The notes beneath the pieces were generated by a model, which searched no databases, was not told where the DNA came from, and saw only the letters and a list, made by a program, of their open reading frames with translations. Below, one piece after another: positions 29,241 to 39,460 of a DNA stretch of 64,000 nt. Positions within the stretch are counted from its first letter, which is position 1; every line of letters begins with the position of its first letter. The DNA lies in the NCBI GenBank assembly GCA_019057865.1, contig JAHLWP010000009.1, positions 1 to 64,000 on the forward strand, given 5' to 3'. A program made the position numbers and the translations under genes. The DNA comes from Promethearchaeota archaeon. Lineage in GTDB: Archaea; Asgardarchaeota; Lokiarchaeia; Sigyniarchaeales; SOKP01.

Positions 29241-29633
29241 TTATTCAACGTATGCAGCATCTTTTACTCCTGGAGGGCCTCGCCTATTATTAAAAGTGCG
29301 AAATGTGAGAGTTGAACTAGCTTCACTTCTTACCAATTTGCATAAAATAAATTCCTCTCCTACTTTTGACAAAATAATTATCCCTTCATTACCTTCTATG
29401 AGAATTTGTTTCAAATCTCCACGAATAAACTCTTTTACAGCATGCTCGGACATAGTTAATATCGCTGCAATCATTGCACTTACTAATTCCTCATTTGTAT
29501 TATGTGCAAGCATAAAACATATAGGTAAACCTTGAACTGAAATGATTGCTGCACCTTGGATATCGGGATTGACTTCCAATAACTTTTCCAACATAATACG
29601 AAGATTTTCATCAGTATATTCCATAGAAGCCAC
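29241..29633 (-). CDS. Roadblock/LC7 (MglB-like) protein with deviant C-terminus
   Basis: GAAIISVQGLPI, VSAMIAAIL and GDLKQILIEG motifs. Confidence 0.85.
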   Translation of the reverse strand: MASMEYTDENLRIMLEKLLEVNPDIQGAAIISVQGLPICFMLAHNTNEELVSAMIAAILTMSEHAVKEFIRGDLKQILIEGNEGIIILSKVGEEFILCKLVRSEASSTLTFRTFNNRRGPPGVKDAAYVE

Positions 29634-29675
29634 GTTTCTTGTTATTTAAATTTAATTTTTCTATCTGCAAATCGT

Positions 29676-30071
29676 TTACCGATGAAACTCATCCTCATCA
29701 TTATCATAGTCAAAATCTCCTAACTTAGCAATTTTCTCGCAAGTGCGTTTACAATCCAAAAGTATTAATCCTAATCTAACATCTCTAGTAGAAACTGTTA
29801 ATATAGCATTGTGGCCAGCTTGCATGACTAATAGATAACCATCTGATCCTTTTATGTATAAATGGTCAAAATCACCTTGGTTCATCTCGTTAACGGATTC
29901 CTTGGCTAAGGAGTGCATCGAAGTAGTCATGGCAGCAATTCTTGTCTCATCGACTCCTTGAGGTAGAGCTGATGCAATGAGTAAACCCTCTGTAGACACA
30001 ACTCTTGTTTCTAATGTATGCTTATCTTTCTCGAGTTCAATTAAGACTTTTAAGATATCATCCCATTTCAT
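29676..30071 (-). CDS. Roadblock/LC7 (MglB-like) protein
   Basis: VVSTEGLLIAS, IAAMT and VRLGLILLD motifs. Confidence 0.9.
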   Translation of the reverse strand: MKWDDILKVLIELEKDKHTLETRVVSTEGLLIASALPQGVDETRIAAMTTSMHSLAKESVNEMNQGDFDHLYIKGSDGYLLVMQAGHNAILTVSTRDVRLGLILLDCKRTCEKIAKLGDFDYDNDEDEFHR

Positions 30072-30185
30072 AATTCTCCAATCAACACGAAAACTAAAAG
30101 TTAGAATCGCTTAATTACTAATTAAAAAATATTACAATTTATTTCTTTAGAATTTTTTCTCAAATTCGTATTTGTTAGATCTTCT

Positions 30186-30701
30186 CTAAATAATCATCTT
30201 TCCACATAAACTACAAAACTTTTGCTTTTTTGCGAGTTTACTGCCACAAAACTTACAATATAATTCATACTCTGGTTCTTCTTCTATAATAACTTCTTGT
30301 ACTTTTTGTTTGGCACTACTTGCGGTACCTGGAGAGCTAGGTGAAATAGTGGGAAATGGAGTTAGAAATCCATTGTCGTTTTGATCTTTACTACCAAAAA
30401 GCTTACACGAAATAGCATTTTCTCCTGCTTTTGACAAAATAATACTTCCCTCATTACCTTCTATGAGAATTCGCTTTAAATCTCCACGAGCAAGTTCTTT
30501 TAAAGCTGCTCTTTTTGCTAATGAAAAAAGCGTGGCAGTCATAGCAGCAACTCTTTTCTCATAGACTCCTTGGGGAAGAGTAGAAGTGATAGGTAACCCC
30601 TCCATGGACACAATTGCCACAGCTTCCACCTCTGAAATAGAACCAAATTTTTTTTTTTTTCTTTTTGCTTTATCAGCAGCATAAGGGTCCATATAAGGCA
30701 C
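30186..30701 (-). CDS. Chimeric Roadblock domain plus C-terminal zinc ribbon
   Basis: IVSMEGLPI...VAAMT...GDLKRILIEG, then CKFCG...CSLCG. Confidence 0.8.
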   Translation of the reverse strand: MPYMDPYAADKAKRKKKKFGSISEVEAVAIVSMEGLPITSTLPQGVYEKRVAAMTATLFSLAKRAALKELARGDLKRILIEGNEGSIILSKAGENAISCKLFGSKDQNDNGFLTPFPTISPSSPGTASSAKQKVQEVIIEEEPEYELYCKFCGSKLAKKQKFCSLCGKMII

Positions 30702-30958
30702 GATTCTTACTAATTAGTTTTTTTTAGTATGGGTTATAAAAAAATGCTTGTCATTTGATAACATTGGTAGTGTTATTTAATAATCAAGTAAAGAACTTAT
30801 TTATACGTTTTTGTAAATGTTAAAAAAATAAAAAATAGAATCATTGAACATGAATATAAGATATTCTCCATCCTTTCCTCCTTTTTTAATAAGAACACCA
30901 TTTAATTTTTTAATTTACATATAAGTAAAATTTAAACCTCAAGAGATTATATAAACAT

Positions 30959-31612
30959 TCACATAAATCCAAAATTGTCATAATTTTGCGTTCGTCTCGC
31001 ACATTCGGAAAAGCTGCGATATACATCTTTTCTTTTATCGTATAATGCACATGTTTTATAAATAATGGGATTCCGAATATATAATTCATGATCTGGTTCA
31101 AACCATAGTTTTTCATCTTTTAAGACATGTTTGAAATCTTCCTTTCCAATTACATCCTTTAAATCTTGCTTATTTAGCATTACTATGAGAGGAATTTCTT
31201 TGATTAATTTTCCTCTTGCTGTATCTTTTAGTTCCTTTAATGACTCAATATTATCTTCAAATAGATATGTTTGGGAATCAACTGTAAAAATTACACCATC
31301 TGTTCCCTCAAATATCTTCTTTCTTAATGGAGAAAATCTTTTTTGACCTGCAACGGTGTACACATGGAAGGTTATATTTCTTTTACCTTTTTGGTTGGTT
31401 GATTGAAAGGTTCCTCGATCAAAATATAAAGTAGCACCGCTTGCCATAGAAATTTTAGTTAAATCACCTATAGGCACTATATCTTTTTCGCTTTCTTTTG
31501 TTAGTCTATAAAGTGTGTCAACTATTGTCGTCTTTCCCGATGCTGCCATACCCCAATAGAGAATCTTTATATAAGCTTTATTATTTGCTGTAAGTCGAAC
31601 TATTGAAGACAC
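30959..31612 (-). CDS. Small GTPase, MglA-like
   Basis: GMAASGKT, TLYFD, YTVAGQ, NKQD and CAL motifs. Confidence 0.9.
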   Translation of the reverse strand: MSSIVRLTANNKAYIKILYWGMAASGKTTIVDTLYRLTKESEKDIVPIGDLTKISMASGATLYFDRGTFQSTNQKGKRNITFHVYTVAGQKRFSPLRKKIFEGTDGVIFTVDSQTYLFEDNIESLKELKDTARGKLIKEIPLIVMLNKQDLKDVIGKEDFKHVLKDEKLWFEPDHELYIRNPIIYKTCALYDKRKDVYRSFSECARRTQNYDNFGFM

Positions 31613-31730
31613 CCTTTAAAAGGTCGGTTTTGTAAGATTTTATTCTGGATAATATAATAATAATTACTTCTTGAAATTTTAAGTTTTTGGCAAATTTTCT
31701 TATTATTTAGATTTCTATTTTTTTGAGCAA

Positions 31731-32513
31731 TCATGATTCTTTTTGACAGCTTGGACAATAAAATCCATGTCTTCCAGAAAGTTCAAAACGTTCGATTTCA
31801 GTATTACAGATTGGACATTGTTCCTCTTTCTTGCGGTGGGGTATTAGAAAGCTGTTCGGATAGATACTTAAATCACCTTGTTTTTCTATTCCAAACTTTA
31901 AAACTCCTTTAATATTATCATATAACTCTTTTATTTTACTTTCATTTAAAGAATCAATTTTAGTTTTGGGATGTAATTTTGTTCTGAATAAAATTTCATC
32001 AGAATAAATATTGCCAATACCAGCAACCAAGCTTTGATTTAATAAAGCATTTTTAAGGATAGCAGTTCTTCGGTTAGTGGCTTCTTTAAATTCTTCAAGG
32101 CTCATTTTAAATGCATCTGGTCCTAATTTTTTCTTTGCGATAAATTCCTGAATTGAATCAACGATATCTAATTTTCCAAACATTCTACGAGATATATAAG
32201 CTAAATTAAAGCCATTCTTGAATTGAAATATGACTTTACAGAATTTAGGATCATCCTCTTTTTTATTATAATATTCTAATTCTCCAGTCATGCCAAAATG
32301 CAACACAAGATATTTTGGCTTGAGATGAACAAGAACATATTTACCATGTCTCGTGGATGATTCGAATTGTTTATCTTTTACTGATTTTATTAGATAAGAA
32401 TCATCGACATTTAAAACTCTAGTATCAATTATTTTAACTTCTTTAATCACTTGCTTTAAAGATGTTTTATCTAAATACCGTTTATAAGTTTCCACTTCTG
32501 GAAGTTCTGGCAT
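31731..32513 (-). CDS. mutM: Fpg/Nei family DNA glycosylase
   Basis: MPELPEVE, RHGK, HFGMTG, GIGNIYSDE and a C-terminal zinc finger. Confidence 0.9.
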   Translation of the reverse strand: MPELPEVETYKRYLDKTSLKQVIKEVKIIDTRVLNVDDSYLIKSVKDKQFESSTRHGKYVLVHLKPKYLVLHFGMTGELEYYNKKEDDPKFCKVIFQFKNGFNLAYISRRMFGKLDIVDSIQEFIAKKKLGPDAFKMSLEEFKEATNRRTAILKNALLNQSLVAGIGNIYSDEILFRTKLHPKTKIDSLNESKIKELYDNIKGVLKFGIEKQGDLSIYPNSFLIPHRKKEEQCPICNTEIERFELSGRHGFYCPSCQKES

Positions 32514-32606
32514 GATTACACAAATTAATAATCAATTGATTTTAAATTTAAGGCTCTATATTTTTATGCTATAGTGGTAATATTAGAAGGTATAATCTTT
32601 GGATTT

Positions 32607-33047
32607 TTAAATATAATCATCAATGAACATCATTTTTACTTCAGATGATAATTTCTCTATGTTATTTAGAATTTCTTTTTCCTTCTTCATGCATAATGGA
32701 ATATTAAGAACTATTGCAACTGCTAATGAATAAGAATCTGCAAGAGAAATTGGAAAATTGCATTTTAACCGAAAGGCATCATCTCTTAAGATACTTTCGG
32801 AACAGATAATGAAATCTTTTAAAAAATCAGATACAATCTTTTTTGCTTCTTGATACCCATTTCGCCTGCAAAAGATGTATTTGAGTTCAGTATCAGTTAT
32901 TGGACTGATATAATATCTTTCGAATTGTGGATTTTCTAAGAAATGTTTAGAAAATATTTTTCCCAATTCTGAATTTTCAAGTAATTCAACTAAAACTCCA
33001 GTATCAATAATAATTGATGTTTCAGGTAAATCTTTTTTCGCGCTCAT
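32607..33047 (-). CDS. PIN-domain toxin
   Basis: IIDTGVLV and ISLADSY motifs. Confidence 0.85.
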   Translation of the reverse strand: MSAKKDLPETSIIIDTGVLVELLENSELGKIFSKHFLENPQFERYYISPITDTELKYIFCRRNGYQEAKKIVSDFLKDFIICSESILRDDAFRLKCNFPISLADSYSLAVAIVLNIPLCMKKEKEILNNIEKLSSEVKMMFIDDYI

Positions 33048-33285
33048 AGTTTTTCTCTCTTAATTCTTTAAGTAAATCTTTTCCTTCATTAGGTTTAAGG
33101 ATACCTTGATATTTTTTAAGATTTTTCAAGAATTCTTCTCTATTAAATTCTATTTTTTCTTCTTTTAATAAGAACTTAATAGCCTCATCGTAAGTCACTC
33201 TTCGCCCCCAATCCTTTTCAAGTTGATTCATAATCATAAATAATTTCTTCTTTGTTTCTTCAGAAATTTGAATTGTTGTAGGCAT
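33022..33285 (-). CDS. VapB-type antitoxin
   Basis: MPTTIQISEETKKKL...VTYDEAI; overlaps the PIN gene. Confidence 0.8.
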   Translation of the reverse strand: MPTTIQISEETKKKLFMIMNQLEKDWGRRVTYDEAIKFLLKEEKIEFNREEFLKNLKKYQGILKPNEGKDLLKELREKNYEREKRFT

Positions 33286-33386
33286 ATTTAATTTTTCTAT
33301 AATTATTATAATTATTATAGTAATTATAATTTATATATTATACTATTTTACTTTTGAAAAAAAGGAGTTTAATCACACTAAGAAAG

Positions 33387-33995
33387 TTAATTATTCAGAA
33401 ATACCATCAGACTAAGAACGAAGTAGTATAGTTGAAAGGGAGTGACCATTATTCTTTCAATTATCCCCCTATCCTTACCTGCGGCAAATATACCCGAGAT
33501 AATTACGCCAATTAATGAAGCAATAGCTGAAATAAGTGAAAATGTAGCAAAACCACTCCATATGGATACGAACTGTAATCGAATCCAAAGTGCCACCATC
33601 CCAGCAATAGTTAATAATCCCATTACGACTACAAGGATTATATGCATTTTTCCTCTAAGAGTTGTGAATTCACCTCCTTCATCAAGAGGAAAGAAAAGAG
33701 CAACCATTATTCCCAAAATGGAACTAATCAGAAGAACAATTGGTCCAACAATGGAACCTCCCCCATCATTGATACCTTCATGTAATCCAATGAAAAATAC
33801 AAACAATAAAAAGCTTTCTGTAATCACGAATGATTGTGCTAAGCGTTTATTAGGAGCACCAACTGCAAACAGTGAACTTATATCATCTCGAATATGATTA
33901 TAATCCGAATCTAAGTTTCCACAAATAATCCACATCGCAGTATATATGATGGGACTAAGCATTCCACAAACTGCTAAAATCTGAAGTATTGTCAT
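33387..33995 (-). CDS. DUF998-like membrane protein
   Basis: YNHIRDDISSL, FFPLD and GIIER motifs; multiple TM segments. Confidence 0.75.
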   Translation of the reverse strand: MTILQILAVCGMLSPIIYTAMWIICGNLDSDYNHIRDDISSLFAVGAPNKRLAQSFVITESFLLFVFFIGLHEGINDGGGSIVGPIVLLISSILGIMVALFFPLDEGGEFTTLRGKMHIILVVVMGLLTIAGMVALWIRLQFVSIWSGFATFSLISAIASLIGVIISGIFAAGKDRGIIERIMVTPFQLYYFVLSLMVFLNN

Positions 33996-34083
33996 AATTA
34001 TTAATAATAGTTATTAATAATACTAAAATATTATATAATTTTGATGAGAAAAATCGTACATATGAATAATTGAGGAGACTAAA

Positions 34084-34746
34084 ATGGAAAAGAAGAAAAT
34101 TATAGGGATTGTTAGTTTAGGAATTGGAATAGGTTTGTTTATATTTTCTATTATTTCTGCTTGGATACTTACACCAGAATTTATGAAGTTAGGCGAAGAT
34201 TATTGGCCAACTGTTGGAACACCTGGTAAAATTTTCGGTTATTTCTGGGCACTATCATTTCCAATAGGTAGTATTTTAATTTTTCTGGGGATTTTAACAA
34301 GAATAAATGTTGAATCAAAGCGAATTATGATTTACTTGGTGAGTCTATTAGTATTAATTTTCATTATAATCAATATAGATATATACAGATCTTCTCTATT
34401 TTTTGGAATTGGGGGGATTCTGATTGAAATATTTTTGATTATGATTTTATGGTATTGGGGGAAGAATAGAGTGTTTCTTGAGAAGGAAGAAAAAATTATT
34501 GGGGATCTGCGAATAATTGGATATTTATTTTTGGCTCTAGCAACATGGTTCATGTGTGGTCTTGGAGCCATGGTCATGTTTGCTACGAATGCGGACAATA
34601 TAGCCCTTTTTGTTGCCAGTACAGAAACTCAAAAAAACATGATTAGTATTCAATATAAAATAATGATATGCCTAATTATTGGGTGGTTTTTTATCTCCTT
34701 TAGTTATTTGAAATCAAACCTTATAACTAAAAAGAGAAAAGAATAA
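34084..34746 (+). CDS. Hypothetical multi-pass membrane protein
   Basis: About 6 hydrophobic segments; GAGGAG RBS. Confidence 0.7.
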   Translation: MEKKKIIGIVSLGIGIGLFIFSIISAWILTPEFMKLGEDYWPTVGTPGKIFGYFWALSFPIGSILIFLGILTRINVESKRIMIYLVSLLVLIFIIINIDIYRSSLFFGIGGILIEIFLIMILWYWGKNRVFLEKEEKIIGDLRIIGYLFLALATWFMCGLGAMVMFATNADNIALFVASTETQKNMISIQYKIMICLIIGWFFISFSYLKSNLITKKRKE

Positions 34747-34844
34747 ACTAAAATTCAACATATTTACTTACTCGTTTATTTTTTATATCTTTATTTTTTC
34801 AATCTTATGCATATTACAAATGGTAGCATATTAATCTTGTAAAG

Positions 34845-35645
34845 TTACTTATCTAATTTCTTAAGTTTTTTAATAATTTTTTTTTTGATTTTTTCATATG
34901 AGGGTGGAGGGCCTGTTCTTATTTGTTGGTCATCAATGTATAAAGCGTCTAAAATCCCCCATTCTAACAGCTTTTCTCGTTCAAATGTATCAATTTCTCG
35001 ATAAATAACTTTATCTCCTAATTCACTTGCGGCCCTTTTAGCTCTCTCTCTTATTAAATTTTGTGCGGGACACCATCCGTTTAGAAAAGAAGTTATTAAA
35101 ACTTTACCAGGTATTGGTTGAGGTTGCTTTTTTTCTTTTATCCACTTAGGAGGAATCGCATCATCGGTAAACGGTTTCCATAGCAATGTTGCAATCCCAT
35201 CTTTATCTATTCTTGAATAACCATTCTTTTTAAACCACGAAGCTTTCATCCAAAATGGAAGAGAAACGCCCCACGCAACCATTCCCTTAGCACCTCTCTT
35301 TTTAACATCATCTTCAGCAGCTTGAAGTAAAGCCTTACCAAAACCCATTTTTTGAAAATTCCCTCGTCCTTCCTGATATCCATGAACCCAGATACAATTT
35401 ATGAAATAGAGATCAACTCCTTCAGCATTAGAATATTCTATTGGGATATACTGAATCATTCCACCAGCCACTCCTTTATCATCAACGGCAAGTTTAACTC
35501 CAAGCCCTTTATCCTTCATCTTATTAAACCATACCTGTTTATGATTTCCTGCTTCTTGTATCTCATCTGACCATTCTTCAAGACACATAAAATACTCTTG
35601 TAGATATTTATCCTCAAGATCTATAATCTTCATATCTATTACCAT
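34845..35645 (-). CDS. GNAT acetyltransferase (YoaP-like)
   Basis: INCIWV and QKMGFGKALL; thioredoxin-like WCP tail. Confidence 0.75.
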   Translation of the reverse strand: MVIDMKIIDLEDKYLQEYFMCLEEWSDEIQEAGNHKQVWFNKMKDKGLGVKLAVDDKGVAGGMIQYIPIEYSNAEGVDLYFINCIWVHGYQEGRGNFQKMGFGKALLQAAEDDVKKRGAKGMVAWGVSLPFWMKASWFKKNGYSRIDKDGIATLLWKPFTDDAIPPKWIKEKKQPQPIPGKVLITSFLNGWCPAQNLIRERAKRAASELGDKVIYREIDTFEREKLLEWGILDALYIDDQQIRTGPPPSYEKIKKKIIKKLKKLDK

Positions 35646-35704
35646 TCGATACTTTTACACTAAATTTATGGGAATTAAATTAAATTGTCTTAATAAAAAA
35701 GTGG

Positions 35705-36658
35705 TTACTCTTTTAGAGTTATTACTACTTTTCCTTTAGGATGACCTTCTTCATAGTATCTATGAGCCTCGGCAATCTGACTCAATGGATAAACTTTATC
35801 AATAGTTGATTTAATCTTTCCAGCTTCAATGAGATCTCTGAGATAATCAAGTTTTTCAGCAACAACATTACCCATGTACCCTCTTACTTTTTTGTTCAAC
35901 ATATATTTAAAAAACACCGACTCTGGATCAACTGTAACAAAAATCCCATTCTTAGTTAACGAGTTTTTACATTTTGAGTATGAAGTTACTTTTCGACCCA
36001 CCGCATCAAATATAATATCGTAATTTTGTCCATTTTTAGTGAAATCATCTTTAGTATAATCAATCACAGCATTTGCTCCGAGAGATTTTACCATACTTAC
36101 AGCACTTGTACTACATACGCCTGTTACTTCAGTTGTAAATGTCCTCGCAATTTGTACAGCATAAGTGCCTATTCCTCCAGATGCGCCAAAGATAAGCACT
36201 CTTTGCCCCTCTTTAATAGTAACTGCATCTCTAAGCCCAGTCAAAGCTGTGCCACATGTATCAGGTACCGCCGCAGCTTCTATATGGCTCATATTAGCGG
36301 GTTTTATTGCGGCCAACTTTTCAGGAACGCAAACATATTCGGCATTTGCACCAGGGCTTCTAAGACATACATAAATAAGATCACCTTTTTTAAATTTTGT
36401 TATCTTTTTTCCTACGGATTCAACCTCTCCAGATACATCAAACCCTAAAATTTTATGTTTTGGTTTTTTAAATCCCGCCATTAATTTTGTCATTCCAAAT
36501 AACAGCGTAGCACCACTCCGAAAAATTATATCAAGGGCGTTTACTGAAGTTGCCAACACCTTAACAAGCATTTCATCATCCTTAGGTGTAGGTTTTTCTA
36601 CTTCTTTTAATTCAAGAACGTCCGGTGAACCGAATTCTTCATATACAATCGCTTTCAT
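35705..36658 (-). CDS. MDR-superfamily NAD(P)-dependent oxidoreductase (quinone reductase-like)
   Basis: SVNALD, GASGGIG and GKVVI motifs. Confidence 0.9.
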   Translation of the reverse strand: MKAIVYEEFGSPDVLELKEVEKPTPKDDEMLVKVLATSVNALDIIFRSGATLLFGMTKLMAGFKKPKHKILGFDVSGEVESVGKKITKFKKGDLIYVCLRSPGANAEYVCVPEKLAAIKPANMSHIEAAAVPDTCGTALTGLRDAVTIKEGQRVLIFGASGGIGTYAVQIARTFTTEVTGVCSTSAVSMVKSLGANAVIDYTKDDFTKNGQNYDIIFDAVGRKVTSYSKCKNSLTKNGIFVTVDPESVFFKYMLNKKVRGYMGNVVAEKLDYLRDLIEAGKIKSTIDKVYPLSQIAEAHRYYEEGHPKGKVVITLKE

Positions 36659-36794
36659 AATATTTTACTTATAAGTTAGCATTTTATATATATTAATCAG
36701 AATTTCCAATCATTAAACTTGAAGTCTTTTTTTAAAGAAAGAGAGTTGATTCTCCTGATGATTTTAAAAAGATAATTAATAGTTAAAGTTAAAT

Positions 36795-36830
36795 ATTCTA
36801 TAGAATTATTTTTATTATAACTCTATAGAA
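36795..36830. promoter_or_regulatory. Paired palindromes ATTCTATAGAAT and TCTATAGA, candidate TA operator
   Basis: Located 11-46 bp upstream of the antitoxin ATG. Confidence 0.55.
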
Positions 36831-36840
36831 ATAAAATGAT

Positions 36841-37113
36841 ATGACTACAACAATCCAAATTGATGATGAAACCAAGAAAAAATTATTCAGGATCAAACTA
36901 AGATTAGAAGAACAAAAGGGGCAAGCTATAACATATAACGATCTCATTGCATATCTAATAGAAAGCCAACCATCGAACCTGATTAGAAAATCAAATTTAC
37001 GGGAATTCAGAAGCTTGAAAGGAATATTACCAAAATCCGCAAAGAAGACTTATTTAGACGAAAAAAGAAAAGATTTGAACGAAGAAGAAAAACTTGCCCC
37101 CATTAAAGAATAA
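36841..37113 (+). CDS. VapB-type antitoxin (paralog of 33022-33285)
   Basis: MTTTIQIDDETKKKL...ITYNDLI. Confidence 0.8.
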   Translation: MTTTIQIDDETKKKLFRIKLRLEEQKGQAITYNDLIAYLIESQPSNLIRKSNLREFRSLKGILPKSAKKTYLDEKRKDLNEEEKLAPIKE

Positions 37114-37127
37114 ACAGAAGTGATTCA

Positions 37128-37574
37128 ATGAGTACTAAACAAATCTTAATTGATACCCCTAATCTTGTTTTAGACACAAGTGTTTTGCTTGGTTATTTCA
37201 TGAGTGAGGCACGAAATATTAATTCTTTATTAGAGGCGTATGTTTTTACCCAAGAATCAAAGATTATACTATATGGACATAATTTAATTAAATTAGAAAT
37301 TTTCTATATAACTTGTCGCGAAAAAGGTATAACTGAAGCTGAGATGGTTTTAAAAAAGACAGAAGGTATAATGAACACTATAAGTGACACATGGTTGTTC
37401 AAAAAGGCAGCTAATATTAAATGTAGATATCCCATCGCCATCTCGGATTGCTACTCAATTTCCTTAGCAATCCTACAAGAGTGTCCTGTGTTTTTCCTTC
37501 CAGAAGTAGAACTTTCAAGAGAAATCGTAGACGAAATAAACAGAGAATATAATGCGAAAATTCAAATAGTGTGA
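37128..37574 (+). CDS. PIN-domain toxin (paralog of 32607-33047)
   Basis: VLDTSVL and IAISDCY motifs. Confidence 0.8.
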   Translation: MSTKQILIDTPNLVLDTSVLLGYFMSEARNINSLLEAYVFTQESKIILYGHNLIKLEIFYITCREKGITEAEMVLKKTEGIMNTISDTWLFKKAANIKCRYPIAISDCYSISLAILQECPVFFLPEVELSREIVDEINREYNAKIQIV

Positions 37575-37629
37575 ATGCAACAAAACCAAAATCTCCTTTT
37601 AATACCCTCTGAATAAGTAATTATTAAAT

Positions 37630-39354
37630 TTAAACTTCTAATGGGGTTATTTCCTTCAATTTTTTTATTTTTTTGACTTTAGGGTGTTTAATTAAATGAC
37701 CTCTGATTATAACCTTAGAGACTTCTCCTAAATAATCAATCCTTTCGAGAGGATTCCCCGGAACTACTATTAGATCTGCAGATTTTCCGACTTCAATACT
37801 TCCAGTAGCATCATCTATACCAATGTTTTCAGCGTTTCCTTTAGTAGCAATAAATATTGCTTCTTGTGGAGTCATTTCGGTATACTTTAGGTAATATTTT
37901 AATTCTTTCCAGACTTCGTATTGAGTGGAATATGGGACAGATGCATCAGTACCACATGATATTCTCAATCTTTCTTTATATGCTTTTTGTAAAGCCAGGA
38001 TCATACCTTTCATTATAATCTGTGCGTTTTCAAAACTTTCTGTAGTAATTTTCGTTTCTTCCTTGGGTAAAACAGCCATTCCCATACCAGCAGAAAGAGT
38101 GGGAACAATCACGGTGTATCCTCTTAAAGCTTTGGGATTATTTCTAATTAAAGGCACCAAATCATCAGGAATTTCAGCAACATGTTCTATGCTGTCAATT
38201 CCTCCCTCTAAAGCTTCTCTTATCCCTTCTGTGGACTCACAATGTGTTGCAACTAATAAACCACCTCTATGGGCTTCAAAACAAGCAGTTTCTATCTCTT
38301 CAATAGTCATTTGGGGTCGTCCAGCTTCTCCAACTTTCCTTGCATCCATAACTCCTCCAGTAGAAAGTATTTTTATATGATCAACTCTCATCCGTAAATT
38401 CTGTCTTATTGCTTTTCTAATCTCAGGGATAGAATCTGCGATAAAACCGGATACCCATCCATGTCCTCCTGTAATACAAATTCCTTTACCTGCACACAAT
38501 AATCTAGGGCAAATAATTTTACCATCAATAATTTTATCTCTCACTTTTAAATCAATATATAAAGGATCTGACATAGAGCGTAATGTTGTGACACCAGCGT
38601 TTAATGCATTTAAAGCATTTTTTTTCATAAGTTTGAATAAAATTATTTTTCCGAGTGGTGTAGCAAGGAATTTGAATAACCTTACCATATTTTTATCGCT
38701 TAATTTCATCAATCTGGTAGGTTTTCCACTACCTGTTAAGTGACAATGGGCGTTAATTAATCCAGGAAGTACATAAGTTCCTTCTAAATCAATTTTTTTG
38801 AAATCATTTGGTATCTCAATTTCACTTTCAGTTCCAACTCCGGTAATTAATCCTGGAGTTTCGTCCTTTTCAGTGATATTCTTAATTAAGATGACACCAT
38901 TCGGAATGATTTTACTATCTCTATTTCCGTCAATAATATTACAGTTTACTAGAGCTATATTGGTTTTTGGTTCCTTTTTCTTGTATTTTAACCCTAATAA
39001 CCACGTTATTATGAGATACATTAGAAAAATATCAATTAAACTTCCGATAATTGAAATAATCCAATACCACGCAATGGGCAACCAACTGGAATTCAAACGG
39101 GCGATATCTAATGTTAAATTGTACATTTTAAAACCATAGATGCCTAACACATCCAAAATTCCCAATGGAATTCCCACAAACGGAATAATCCAAGGAAAAA
39201 AGTTTAAAATTCCAACGATTAAATAGGCTAAGCTTCCAATAATACCTTCATATGTGCCATAGGTAATCCATGCTAATAAGGATATGAATATTATAAAGAT
39301 TAAAATTGATAATAAGAATTTGGTTCCAAATTTTGAACTTTTATTATTTTCCAT
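37630..39354 (-). CDS. Amidohydrolase with N-terminal membrane domain
   Basis: PGLINAHCH, ITGGHG, ATH, SIEH and GTDA motifs; about 120 hydrophobic N-terminal residues. Confidence 0.85.
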   Translation of the reverse strand: MENNKSSKFGTKFLLSILIFIIFISLLAWITYGTYEGIIGSLAYLIVGILNFFPWIIPFVGIPLGILDVLGIYGFKMYNLTLDIARLNSSWLPIAWYWIISIIGSLIDIFLMYLIITWLLGLKYKKKEPKTNIALVNCNIIDGNRDSKIIPNGVILIKNITEKDETPGLITGVGTESEIEIPNDFKKIDLEGTYVLPGLINAHCHLTGSGKPTRLMKLSDKNMVRLFKFLATPLGKIILFKLMKKNALNALNAGVTTLRSMSDPLYIDLKVRDKIIDGKIICPRLLCAGKGICITGGHGWVSGFIADSIPEIRKAIRQNLRMRVDHIKILSTGGVMDARKVGEAGRPQMTIEEIETACFEAHRGGLLVATHCESTEGIREALEGGIDSIEHVAEIPDDLVPLIRNNPKALRGYTVIVPTLSAGMGMAVLPKEETKITTESFENAQIIMKGMILALQKAYKERLRISCGTDASVPYSTQYEVWKELKYYLKYTEMTPQEAIFIATKGNAENIGIDDATGSIEVGKSADLIVVPGNPLERIDYLGEVSKVIIRGHLIKHPKVKKIKKLKEITPLEV

Positions 39355-39460
39355 TATAATATATCACGATAAATAAAGATAGAAATTATTTATGAATAAT
39401 TTTAAATTCTTATTTAATTTATTTGATAGTTAGAATAATCTTCCAAGTGTAAAATCAGAT

